The position numbers and the translations under genes are program-made. Below the pieces are notes generated by a model, which was not told where the DNA came from, ran no database searches, and saw nothing but the letters and a program-made list of their open reading frames with translations. DNA of 41,773 nt, from positions 12,047,025 through 12,088,797 of the forward strand of contig NC_068992.1 of assembly GCF_001194135.2 (NCBI RefSeq), read 5' to 3'. The stretch comes from Octopus bimaculoides. Its lineage: Eukaryota. This document shows, piece after piece, positions 1 through 11,345 of the stretch (positions are counted from its first letter, which is position 1; each line of letters starts with the position of its first letter).

Positions 1-35
1 CGGAGTCATTAAGACAGCTAAACAAACAAAAAATT

Positions 36-271
36 ACACATACATACGTACATACATACATACATACATACACGCATATATAAATAAATATATCATATAC
101 ATATATATATATACACACACATGTATGTATGCAGATATGTATATACTTAGATGTATATATATGTATTTGTGTGTATGTATATATACATATATAAATATGT
201 ATGTATGTATGTATGTATGTGTGTGTGTATGTATAAACAAATATGAAATCACCACTCAGCATCCCTACCAC

Positions 272-318
<47 letters not shown>

Positions 319-320
319 TC
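36..320. repeat. Compound microsatellite (ACAT/AT/ATGT/CT/AC)
   Basis: Direct reading of runs of tacatacata, atatat, gtatgtat, ctctct and acacac. Confidence 0.95.
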
Positions 321-477
321 ACAAAGAGTTAGACTAAAGACCAAAATAATCCATAATAGGAATTATCCTACACTTCAATGGCCAGCAATTCTCTAACTAT
401 GGCGCCAGAAATTCTTCACTGTTGCCCATTTAGACTTTACCTCTATCCCGCCATGGCTTCTTCATACCGCGGCACGT

Positions 478-478
478 A

Positions 479-526
<48 letters not shown>

Positions 527-783
527 AATAAAGAAAGGAAATAATAATGAGATGCCAGCAACAACAACAACAACAACAACAAAAAATAATGCAAAATCCA
601 CAATAGCCGAAAAGACCATGCCACTGAGAAGCGAAGAAAAACAAGCAACAGAAAAAAAAAAATATTACAAGCGATGCGAAAATAAAATAGAAAGGCAAAT
701 ATAATAAGAAGAAAATCCTAGGAAAAAATACAGCTTAAACATGAAAATAAAAGAAACACACGCATGAAATATATCAGCTAAAT

Positions 784-814
<31 letters not shown>

Positions 815-949
815 TTTATAACAATAAATAAATATGAGGAAAATGAATATGTAAAAATTAAACGACCAATAACAACAACAATAATAGTGATAATCATAAT
901 AATAACAATAATAATAATAATAGTAATCACAATGAGGATATTATTAATG

Positions 950-1003
<54 letters not shown>
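478..1003. repeat. Microsatellite cluster: (AAAG)n 478-527, (CAA)n, (AAT)n 951-1003
   Basis: Direct reading of tandem units. Confidence 0.9.
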
Positions 1004-1367
1004 TTAACGATAATAATTATAATCCTAATAATAGGTCTTAATTAATGAGCTAATATACAGAAATAGATAATAAAAGAAAAATGAGAAAAGCTAAAGAACG
1101 AAAGAAAAAATAGAAAACTAGAAATACAATACTTTTAAGAATAGCATTAAAAATAGGAAACTATCCCCACCGCCACCACCACCACCACCACCACCACCAC
1201 AAATACTACCCGCTGCCACCGCACGCCAAAGCAATCATATATAACAGCAAACGACAACTGGAAAGGAGAAATTTAATGAAGTCAGTGAAATGGCTTATTC
1301 ATCATAATTTTAATTTCTGAATGTGTGTGTGTGTGTGTGTGTGTGTGTTTTATAATTTAGATCAACC

Positions 1368-1534
1368 AGTACTCAGAGTATAAAATGTCGGAGCGAAGAG
1401 CTACGATACATTCTCATCGGCTATTAATAGCAACAAACGCTATGAAAAACCGTTTCTCATAGCGTTTGCTGCCATTAATAGCCGACAAGAATATATCGTA
1501 GTTCTTCGGTCCGACATTCGAAACTCCGAGTACT
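1368..1534. repeat. 167-bp fold-back palindrome (83-bp arms, 1-nt loop); possible MITE or hairpin element
   Basis: 1368-1450 vs reverse complement of 1452-1534: 71/83 identical, no indels. Both ends are AGTACT. Confidence 0.95.
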
Positions 1535-1619
1535 ATAATGACAACTTTTTACTGTGTGTTCTAAATCATAACATATATAAATGATCCTCTATTTCTCTAA
1601 AACCGAGGTCTCATTCTTT

Positions 1620-2058
1620 CGTTGTTAGTTATTATTATTTTTATTATTCAGTAATTTTATTTTTATAGCGTGCTTTTACTTCACTACCGAGCGCAGCTTT
1701 GTGTGCCTTGGGTATGTGCTGTGGTTGGCTGTGATGCTCTTACGGTTGCTGTATTGAAAGTGTTTTGCGTAGGATGTGTGCAGTGCCCATCAGTACAATT
1801 TTCTGTATGTTATATATATTTGTAAGTCCTGGTGTTTTCGTTATGTATTTGTCTGAATATTTTTTTATTATACCTAAGGCACCAACTATGATAGGAATTG
1901 TTTCTGATTTTAGATTCCACATTCGAGTTACCTCTATTTTCAGGTCTTTGTATTTTGAAAGTTTCTCCATTTCTTTTAGGGAAACGTTGTCATCTGTTGG
2001 TATTGAGGCATCAATTAGAAAGCATTGTTTTCTTCATGATTTCTGACAACTATATCTG
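1620..2058 (-). mobile_element. 5'-truncated non-LTR retrotransposon with restriction-like endonuclease (R2 superfamily; R4/Dong/HERO-like), 3' end
   Basis: Minus strand reads (S)DIVVRNHEE, a 1-nt frameshift near 2031, then KQCFLIDASIPTDDNVSLKEMEKLSKYKDLKIEVTRMW..IPIIVGALG..TAHILRKTLSIQQP* (stop 1740-1742). This is the PD..D..P..K..KY RLE pattern. A ~100-nt 3' UTR ends in an (AAT)n-like tail near 1620-1645. Confidence 0.85.
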
Positions 2059-2160
2059 AACAATAGTAATAATAAAATAATAACAACTAGAAGAACAACC
2101 ACAAGAGCTCTCTTTTGGCCACATGGATTCCCTCATAAATATAGAAAAAGTTTCAAGCTA

Positions 2161-2325
2161 GGTGTCCGTGATCCAGTGAATAGGATGGTGGACTCACCTT
2201 CATAAATTCATGGGTTCGACTTGTCCAGGGGTCGCTGTAATAGGTTCTGGAACGAAACACTTCATTTCATGTTGCTTCAGAACTACGAGAGTAAACACAG
2301 CAACGAACTGACGTCCTGTTCTGAA
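2161..2325 (+). mobile_element. Degenerate tRNA-headed SINE (family D)
   Basis: tRNA-like head (..ggtggactcac..gggttcgac..) followed by aacacttcatttcatgttgct. The same core appears on the minus strand near 25100-25130. Confidence 0.4.
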
Positions 2326-2975
2326 GAGAAGTAAATATACATTCTTTCTCTCTCTCTCTCTCTTCCTCTCTCTCTGTCTGTTGCCTATATACCATTAAAA
2401 CAAGAACAAGCTCTTTTTCAATCAACATCTTGGCACGTTAAGTATCTATTCACCTTTCTTAATTGTAGATGACAATATAACCAGTGTGTTCCTGATTACT
2501 ACAAATGTAGGACATCAATCGAACAGATAACGTATTAATACATGTTAAATCCGTTGAACTTTTAGTTCTTCACAACATTACTACCAGAAATTTTATTTCG
2601 TTAGATTACCTTGTATTCAGTCAAGTTTTTAATTCTAAGTAATTCCAATTTTGTGATAGGTCTAAATATTTTATTACTGTTTCCTAACTGAATATGCTAT
2701 CATGATTTTTTTGTTAAAATTATCTCTTTTCAAATATCGTTTTGGCAGATTTTCCCGAACCGAATTTAATGCCAATATCCCAACAGACTTTGGACACTGT
2801 ATGTAAGAATAATTTCAGATTCGTGTCATCTGCAACATACAGCTTGAAATCATCTCAAAACAGCAGGAATTGATTGAATATATCTGACTATTTTACTATG
2901 TTGCTTAAAGTTGTACATACAAATATGTATATATGCATATATGTATATGTGTGTTAAAGTTGAGGTTATTATACT

Positions 2976-3221
2976 GGTTTCAAATTTTGTCTCAATGCCA
3001 GAAATTTCGGGGGAGGGGGTCGAGTCAATTACATCGACCCCAGTAATCGACTGATACTTATTTCGTCGAACCCCAGTAATCGACCGATATTTATTTTGTC
3101 GACCCCCTAGTAAACGACCCTCAATAATCTACTGGTACTTCCTTTATCAACGCTAAAGAATGACAGGCAAATCCAACCTCAGTGGAATTTGAACTCACAA
3201 CATGAAAACGGACGAAATGCT
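2976..3221 (-). mobile_element. SINE family C copy with internal tandem amplification
   Basis: Reverse complement of the family C body (gagttcaaattcc B-box, aagtaccag, ggggtcgatgtaattgact) and tail. Internal 32-33-bp units start at 3034, 3066 and 3099. Confidence 0.8.
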
Positions 3222-3646
3222 GTGGTGTAACGTTTCTACTTGGTTCACCAATTTGACAATTGTGTTTATTACATTAAAACCGGTTCAAGAACAAGGAAAC
3301 ATGTTCTGATGAACTGGCTTAAGACGGAAGTTACAGACAAAATTACTGCAAGATATTTGTTGACTTTGAAGTTTGACTTAACGGCTTATTCTAATATTCT
3401 AGCATTTAGCTGGTTGTGTAAGCCGTTAGGCGAAACCAGAACTCTCAGTGAATATGTGTGAGTGTGGGTTTTGTTTTCGGTGTGTGTGTTTGTATATATT
3501 TTTTTTAGTGTATTTATACAAGTCTGTGTGTATGCAGCAAATTTGACTCAACTCTTAGAAGTGAGTCCCTCATGTGTTTCTGTTCCGTCGCTGTTATTCA
3601 ATTTGCTTTAAAATAACTTCAACTTAACAGGTATACTTTGTTTGTG

Positions 3647-3702
<56 letters not shown>

Positions 3703-4441
3703 CTTGTGCGTGCGCGTGTGTATGTGTTTGAAGGTAAGTTGACGGCTCACGAAGTAAGTTTTTGTTTACGTCTATATTTTTTCCGTGTTCTTGTCTAAAT
3801 TTTTTCTCTTCTTACAACCAGCCTCTTAACCAAGTTGAAAGACTATCCACTCCCTGGTTTGGTTTTGTTCTAGAATCTTTTTTTGTTTTGTTATCGTCCT
3901 CCTCTGTAATTTCTACAACTTAATATCTTCTTTTATCTATTGTTTACGTTGTTCTATGCACACATTTCTCGTGTACTCACACATACATATATGCACACAT
4001 ATATACATACATACATACATATAATATATATTTATATATATTTAGACATATGTATAAGTATATTTATATACGCACATAAACACGTACATACGCACATACA
4101 CATACATACGCCCCCCCACACACACACATATACATATATATAAGTAATAGGGGCTAGTGCGAGATACAGCCATAAAGTGGAAAATTGTAAAAGAAGTCCA
4201 AACCATAAAGAAATGAAACGGGACTGGATACATACTACTATAAATTTACGAGAGTATTTACTGACATTGCCTTCTTAATAAATAATGAAATATTTGAAAT
4301 ATTTGATCACGCTTTGTTGGTGCTTATACATAAAACAAATTAAAGTCATCCATTGTTTCGTAATGAAAGCAAACCTTGTGCAACATGTCAAGAAGTATAC
4401 AGAAGTGACGTCCAGTACCAATCTCGAGTTCTAATCCGAAA

Positions 4442-4604
4442 TTTTCTTTTCTACTCTAGGCACAAGGCTGGAAATTTTGGGGGAGGGTCCAGTCGATTAG
4501 ATCGACCTCAGTACACAACTGGTACTTAATTTATCGACCCCGAATGAGATAAAAGCAAAGTCGGCCACGGCGGAATTGTGCTAACGTTTCTGCCAGCTGA
4601 CCAC
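4442..4604 (-). mobile_element. SINE family C copy with ~50-bp internal deletion
   Basis: Matches the reverse complement of 21711-21930. ggcggaatt is joined directly to gtgctaacg, skipping part of the head. Confidence 0.85.
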
Positions 4605-4720
4605 ATTTCTAATTTGAAATATTAGAACCAAGTGCATCGGTCTTCAAATCTTTCGCAAGAATACCTTAGACATAAGCATGACTGTGTTGTTAAGGAGCTT
4701 GTTTGCAGCCACACACACAC

Positions 4721-4893
4721 NNNNNNNNNNNNNNNNNNNNNNNNNNNNNNNNNNNNNNNNNNNNNNNNNNNNNNNNNNNNNNNNNNNNNNNNNNNNNNNN
4801 NNNNNNNNNNNNNNNNNNNNNNNNNNNNNNNNNNNNNNNNNNNNNNNNNNNNNNNNNNNNNNNNNNNNNNNNNNNNNNNNNNNNNNNNNNNNN
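4721..4893. other. Assembly gap (N). Other gaps: 8543-8820, 12483-13429, 17177-18027, 22870-22896, 24174-24584, 27138-27925, 30227-30496
   Basis: Runs of N. Every gap edge is a microsatellite except the left edge at 27138, which lies inside a LINE. Confidence 1.
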
Positions 4894-4934
<41 letters not shown>

Positions 4935-5513
4935 TTGTATATGTATATATGTATGTATGTATGTATGTGTGTGTGTGTGTGTTTCTTTCATTTATAATAA
5001 TTTAAATTCCTCTTGCAAGGAAGGAGCTGGTTTCTAACAAACTTACACGGCTCCATCTCTGGAGCAACGTCATATGTTGCACTTCAGAAAAATCTCGCAT
5101 ATTTTTACTATTCCACTCACATTTTATTCGTTATGTACGAGTCAGCTGGTTGATTGCTTTTTCTGAAGATCCTTGCTCTTCTACATTGTCGGTGCATCAT
5201 TTACAGACAAAAACCAAATGCACCAATTATTATTGATATCAACGTACATTTATAATATGGGTGTAGAAAGTGTTGGTTTTATTTAGGCAGTAGTTTAAAT
5301 AAAATCTTTAATACATCATGACGTTTACGATGTCATAAGTATATTTTGTATACAAGACAAATGATTTATTATTAAAAATACAAAACAGGAAATGTCTAAT
5401 ATTTCATAATGTTCATAAATATAATATAAACTAGCATAACAATACCTAAATATATATCATATTATGTATACACCAGTACATGAACCCGTTTATATATATA
5501 TATATATATATAT

Positions 5514-5586
<73 letters not shown>

Positions 5587-5845
5587 CATATATATGTACG
5601 TATATGTATGTATATACATAACGATATGTTGTATCTACCAATTTGTATAAATATGAATGCATTATGTATGTTTATTGTATAGGAAAATATATAAATTAAA
5701 ATGTCATGAAATGAGTCAATAACTATGAAATACTTCTATTTGTACCAAGTTAATATTATTGCCTTTTATGGAAGTTGAAGATGCTTTTTGGTTTCAACGA
5801 AAACACATGAAGAAACATTATATATCACCATTATTATCACTATCA

Positions 5846-6060
5846 TCATCATCATCATCATCATCACTGTTTTAAAGTCTATTTTTCCATCCACTCATGA
5901 GTCGAACAGTCTACTGAGGCTGATTTTCTACGGGCGGATGTCCTTGTGGTCGGTAATCTTCGCCTGCTTCGAAAAAGGTTATATTTCTTCCACGATCATA
6001 CAAGTCTGTACAGAATATTGGAAATGAATAGCACTAGTTGAACGTGAATACACCTTACTT
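5846..6060 (-). mobile_element. Degenerate (GAT)n-tailed retroposon-like repeat (family E)
   Basis: (CAT)n is followed by gttttaaagtc..tttccat, matching 37786-37818 (catcatcgtttaacgtccgctttccat). The continuation is recognised from memory only. Confidence 0.5.
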
Positions 6061-7141
6061 ACAACTATCATGTGTATGTCAATATATATATGTGTGTATA
6101 TAGCGTATATCTTAACAGTGTGGAAAATGTGTGTATTTCCAATACGGATCTAATCCGAACGACTTTCTCTCAACACATTCGAACTGGAACTTTAAGAAAG
6201 CTAAATTTCCAATGGAGCAGAAACTCTGGGTACATTACTGGTAAAAGCTCTCTGTAAGTTTTACAAAGCGTAACATATAATACAATTGTCCATGTACCCT
6301 TCGTTCCTTACGCCATTATTGGAGTGATACTTAAATATACTAGCATCAATTCATGCGTTTATTTTTTTTTCTCTTTCACGTAAACACCCTTTCTGTATAT
6401 GTGCACAAAAGTATACAAGCAATTGACTGAAAGAGGGAAAATACAGCCCTTATCAGCTATGTCGCAAGGGTTTCTGACAGTTTCTATGCATTGGAGTAGA
6501 ACTGCGACTTTTGTGGCATTAACAAATAAGATGATAGTTTTGTAACTAATACTGAGGCGAAGAGCATAAAAACAAAGTAAAACATCCTAGCAACTGGGAT
6601 GGAGAACAAGACAAAATATGGGTTTATTCTATTGGCTAAGGCAAAAAAAAAAAAAACCCACGAAAAATACATAACCACTAATAGTAAAATTAAATAGAAC
6701 CTAAGACTTTTTCGATAAAACATTACTTAATTACAACAAATATGCAATGAGAAAAACCGACACAATACAACAATGCAGCCTGTAGAGAGTGAGAGAGAAA
6801 AGCATGATTAAATTCCTGGACAGTGTCCATAAGAAGGGACGAAGAGAAGAGATGTATCTAGATGTGCTTGCTTGTGTATAGAGTGGATGTAGGCGGTGGC
6901 AAGCCGCCTCTCTAAACTTCCTTCTCTCATTTCTAACGTATCGCTTGGTTTCCGCAATAGTCACGAGTCTCCTTTTTATCTTACAGCTCTATGAATATAC
7001 CATATATGTACGTACGTACGTATGTATGTATGTATGTATGTATGTATGTATGTATGTATGTATGTGTGCATGCATGTATCTGTGTATGTATGCATATATG
7101 CATGTATGTATGTATAAGTATCAGTTTATCTATCTATCTAC

Positions 7142-7179
<38 letters not shown>

Positions 7180-7510
7180 TTTTCTCTCTACCTATCCATC
7201 TATCTAACCGTCTCTCTCTCACTCTGTTTCTGTACACACACACATATTCATATGCGTTTTTATGCAGGAAGATCTATATCAAGCTAGATATGAGGCAAGC
7301 TGTATAACTGTGTGTCGGCGTTCGTACATATACTGGAGCATGCATTTACTTTTATAACTCAATATATGCAAACCACGCTTGGTATTATTCAAAGAATATA
7401 ATATATATATCAGACATCTTTATATTTGTTAATCATTTGATATATGTATAGATGTACATATCTTTCTATATCTAAGTGCTTCGTTGCTAATTTCTATTCT
7501 CATTCATATA

Positions 7511-7758
7511 TGCGTGTGTGTGTGTGTATGCATGTGTGTATATGTTTGTGTGTCTGTGTTTGTCCCCCCAACTTCGCTTGACAACCGATGCTGGTGTGTT
7601 TACGTCCCCGTAACTTAGCCGTTCGGCAAAAGAGACCGATGGAATAAGTACTAGGTTTACAAAGAATAATTCCTGGGGTCGATTTTCTCGACTAAAAGGC
7701 GGTGCTCCAGCATGGCCACAGTCAAATGACTGAAACAAGTAAAGGAGGTAAAAAGAGG
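7511..7758 (+). mobile_element. SINE family B, 5'-truncated copy
   Basis: Closely similar to 25490-25715; ends ggtgctccagcatggccacagtcaaatgactgaaacaagtaaa. Confidence 0.9.
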
Positions 7759-7789
7759 ATATATATATATATAGAGAGAGAGAGAGTTC

Positions 7790-7990
7790 AAAAAACAATA
7801 ACAAACAAACAAAAAAACAACAAAGTGAGGACGTGATATGGATAGTATTATTGGACGCTCAGGAAAGGAAAGAGAGAGTGTATGACGTTTCGGGCGTAGC
7901 CCTTCGTCGGAAAGATGGAAAGTTCGGAGAATGGAAGAACGGAGAAAGAGGAAAATGGTACCGATGCCCACGAGGTTACATGATATATAA
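7790..7990 (-). mobile_element. Probable Penelope-like element terminal remnant carrying a minimal hammerhead-like motif
   Basis: Minus strand 7910->7884 reads CCGACGA-A-GGGC-TAC-GCCC-GAAAC-GTC, the layout of PLE minimal type I hammerheads. Element boundaries are approximate. Confidence 0.5.
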
Positions 7991-8484
7991 GCAATATGCA
8001 AACGCGTATATATGATAGTCATATGTGTACAATTATATTTATAACCTCATAATCAGCTGCAATCTAAACGAAAGGAATGCATGGATTTAATTATATAAAT
8101 TCACGCACGCACTATAGCAATCTCACGTATATACACACGTACACACGTGCACTTTTTCGTCCGTACACACAGGTATTCACATTCACGGTGATTTTATAAT
8201 ATCGTATTACATTTATTATTATTATTTTATATCTGACGAAATATCATAAAAATATATGGTATAACTGGAAATATGCACATAGATTCGTGTGGATATATAA
8301 TTAATAATCGTGACTATGTCTGTATATAGAATATACTATCGTGTCTTTGCCTACAATTGAATATAAGTTCAGTCGTTTTTTTCGTTCAACCTTATAGCTT
8401 TTAATCCTTCTGTCACTTTCTTCCCCTTCATATCTTCTCTCTCTCACCCCTCTCTCTCGCTCTCTATCTCAATGTATCTCTCTA

Positions 8485-8535
<51 letters not shown>

Positions 8536-9033
8536 ATATATANNNNNNNNNNNNNNNNNNNNNNNNNNNNNNNNNNNNNNNNNNNNNNNNNNNNNNNNNN
8601 NNNNNNNNNNNNNNNNNNNNNNNNNNNNNNNNNNNNNNNNNNNNNNNNNNNNNNNNNNNNNNNNNNNNNNNNNNNNNNNNNNNNNNNNNNNNNNNNNNNN
8701 NNNNNNNNNNNNNNNNNNNNNNNNNNNNNNNNNNNNNNNNNNNNNNNNNNNNNNNNNNNNNNNNNNNNNNNNNNNNNNNNNNNNNNNNNNNNNNNNNNNN
8801 NNNNNNNNNNNNNNNNNNNNTGTGTTTGTTCTACGTTTTTGTGAGGGTATATACATATATATATATATAATAGGTATATTGACGCAAACAGGAAAAGTAT
8901 CCCTGGAAATATGAGCATATGTATAATCTAATTATACTTAGCTGAAATAACTGATTGACTCAAGCTCCGAGAGTTTCGTGACGAAACTTTCAGACCCGGA
9001 GTTACTTCCGCATGATATTAATAGAGAAATAAA

Positions 9034-9065
<32 letters not shown>

Positions 9066-9319
9066 CGTGTGTGCGTGGGTGTGTGCGTGTGTGTGTGTGT
9101 GTATGCGTGTGTGTGTCTATGCGTGCGCGATCAACTGTATCTATACTCATCTGCCTCGTTATCAATCTGTCCAGTTCTGCGTGTGCATTTATATAAACAT
9201 GTGAGTGCGTGTCTACATATATGTACGTTCACTCATATACACATCTATGTGTTCATATATTTATGTAAGTATATGCAAACACACACAAATACAGGGACAC
9301 ACATACGCACGTTTGCATA

Positions 9320-10250
9320 CAGGGTTGTCAGACAAACTCGTTCCGTTTTATACATTTGTTTTAACCCTTATTTTTCATCAATAATTTTAATGAAACATTC
9401 AGTATCGTATTGTCCTTCATTCTAATCGACTTGTTGCCAACTCTCCATTAAATTATCAATGCCTGTCGGTAGAGATCACCACGTGCTGATTCCGAGAATT
9501 CATCGAGCAACTAGAATTCATCCAGTTCAACGACATTTTTTAATGAAACACCCCGCTGGCTGATTATGAGCGACCGTAAGATATAATCTAATGTTCTAAA
9601 GGCGGTATAACGGGCGGGTTCGGTAGGACCTCCCAACCGAGCGCTTCAATAGCACTTTCCGTCAAATTAACGATGTTCGCTTTTGAGCTTTTCTCTTTCG
9701 TTCAGAGTTTGTGAAATCCAAGGACCACATCCAGCGAGTGAAAGAGTCGAGCGACGGATCATAAAATCACTCCATCTTGTTGTGCTCATTCCTTAGTAAA
9801 TCGCCACAGTTCCCCGTAGATGAACTTATTCAATCGATCCCCGTAGATGAACTTATTCAATCGATCCCGTAGATGAACTTATTCAATCGATCCCCAATGA
9901 GAATGAACAGGTCCGGCGGAACACAGAGATGAGGTAAAGGTGAATTTTCCCTCTTTGAAATTATGAAAACCATTTCTGTGCAGTTCTTTGTAATAGCACA
10001 TTCTCTACACACAGTACACATTTCTCGATCGGTTTTAGCAGTTTTGAAACATTGATTTAAAGCAATGAGAAGCAGGTGGCGAAATGGTCGTTTTTTTTCA
10101 CCTACTTTAGCACTCCATTCTCTTATGTTTGAGAAAAGGTTAACATTTACTGGAATTTCTAAAACGATAAAAACTTACAGAGGGAGAATAGAGCTGCAAA
10201 AATAAAGCAGAAAACACGACTATAAAAATGCTTTTCGTGTTAGCTCAAAA
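9320..10250 (-). mobile_element. Decayed, internally deleted mariner (Tc1/mariner) element
   Basis: ATG at 10118, then HFRHLLLIALNQ..RTAQKWFS (N-terminal HTH). Further on: DRLN, GVIL, NLTESAIEALGWEVLP (WEVLP at 9635-9621) and a frameshifted GIDNLMESWQQV..NEGQY C-terminus. TA at 9318-9319 plus TIR-like cagggttgtcagacaaactcgttccg. The second TIR is not recognisable, so the right boundary is approximate. Confidence 0.8.
9812..9895. repeat. Minisatellite, 3 units (27, 27, 26 bp) of ccccgtagatgaacttattcaatcgat
   Basis: Units at 9812-9838, 9839-9865 and 9866-9891; identical except for one missing C. Confidence 0.98.
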
Positions 10251-10352
10251 AATATATGAGAAAGTGAGTGAGATAGAGAGCGGGGTAGAGACAGGCAGAC
10301 AGACAGACAGAGAGTGACAGAGAGAGATAGAGACAGAGAGAGATAGAAAGAG

Positions 10353-10421
<69 letters not shown>

Positions 10422-11037
10422 CAGAAAGAGAGAGAAAAGCATAAGTTCAGTTTGGTGCCTCACCACCTAACTTTATTCTTATAACTTTGTGAAAAATGCA
10501 CAATTTTTATGAAATTCTGCAGAGATTCGATGCAAAGATTACGATTAATGTGGTAGAATTTAGAAATCTAATTAGATACATCTCCTGAAAATGTATAACT
10601 AAGAATCTTGTCTTATTTAATTTCATTTTGAAGCAAAAGATATTTTTGTCTTTTAAAAATTAATATTCAGTTATCCACTCTGTATATGAGCCAAGAAATT
10701 TGTTGTAGATAAGTTACAATTATTGTATATACGCCATTTTTCCTGATATCCTCCATAGTAGCAAAAGTATACTTCCAAACATACTCGTAATATGTCGAGT
10801 ACGACAGAGAAACCTCCCACACATGTTTCTACACTGCATCTTAGCTAATGAAGTTAACGGAGTCTTCATGTCACAAATGTTTTACACTCTTTATTAGTCT
10901 ATTTTTCTTTAGCTACCATCATGTTTTGGGTCGGTGCAGAACAGGTAGTGCTGTAGGAACATTTGCCGAGGAAGGCTTTTTCTGCAGAGCCTATATATCT
11001 GTTTAGATATTCTAATAAATTTTATCCGTCGTTCTAG

Positions 11038-11345
11038 TGTTGTGAGTGTTTATTGAACGAAAACACCTAAAGCACCACGAGGCTCCGGCAGGGGATGGTG
11101 GCGAACCCTGCTGTACTCTTTCACCACAACTTTCTCTCACTCTTACTTCCTGTTTCTGTTGTGCCTGTAATTCAAAGGGTCAGCCTGTGTCACGCTGAAT
11201 ATCCCCGAGAACTACATTAAGGGTACACGTGTCTGTGGAGTGCTCAGCCACTTGCACGTTAATTTAGCGAGCAGGCTGTTCCGTTGATCGGATCAACTGG
11301 AACCCTCGACGTCGTAAGCGACGGAGTGCCAACAACAACAACAAC
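11038..11345 (+). mobile_element. SINE family A, headless copy with (AAC)n tail
   Basis: Closely similar to the reverse complement of 29135-29440. It lacks the tRNA head and has an 11-bp deletion between tgtcac direct repeats. Confidence 0.92.

Noticed and set aside
4634-4710. NLSQEYLRHKHDCVVKE resembles the EY..RHD.V segment after the CCHC knuckle of RLE LINEs
   Set aside because: Only ~17 residues match, the upstream Cys/His motif is absent, and a gap follows immediately.
8962-9002. Short inverted repeat gagagtttcgt-g-acgaaactttc
   Set aside because: An 11-bp arm with a mismatch is too short to separate from background without copy-number data.
9812-9895. CRISPR-like direct repeats (also 3034-3130 and 16430-16492)
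   Set aside because: The units are directly adjacent with no unique spacers, there are no cas genes, and the context is eukaryotic.
9690-9935. Apparent plus-strand exon (acceptor ttttctctttcgttcag, FVKSKDHIQRVKESSDGS*, donor gag|gtaaag)
   Set aside because: Better explained as the antisense strand of the decayed mariner transposase.
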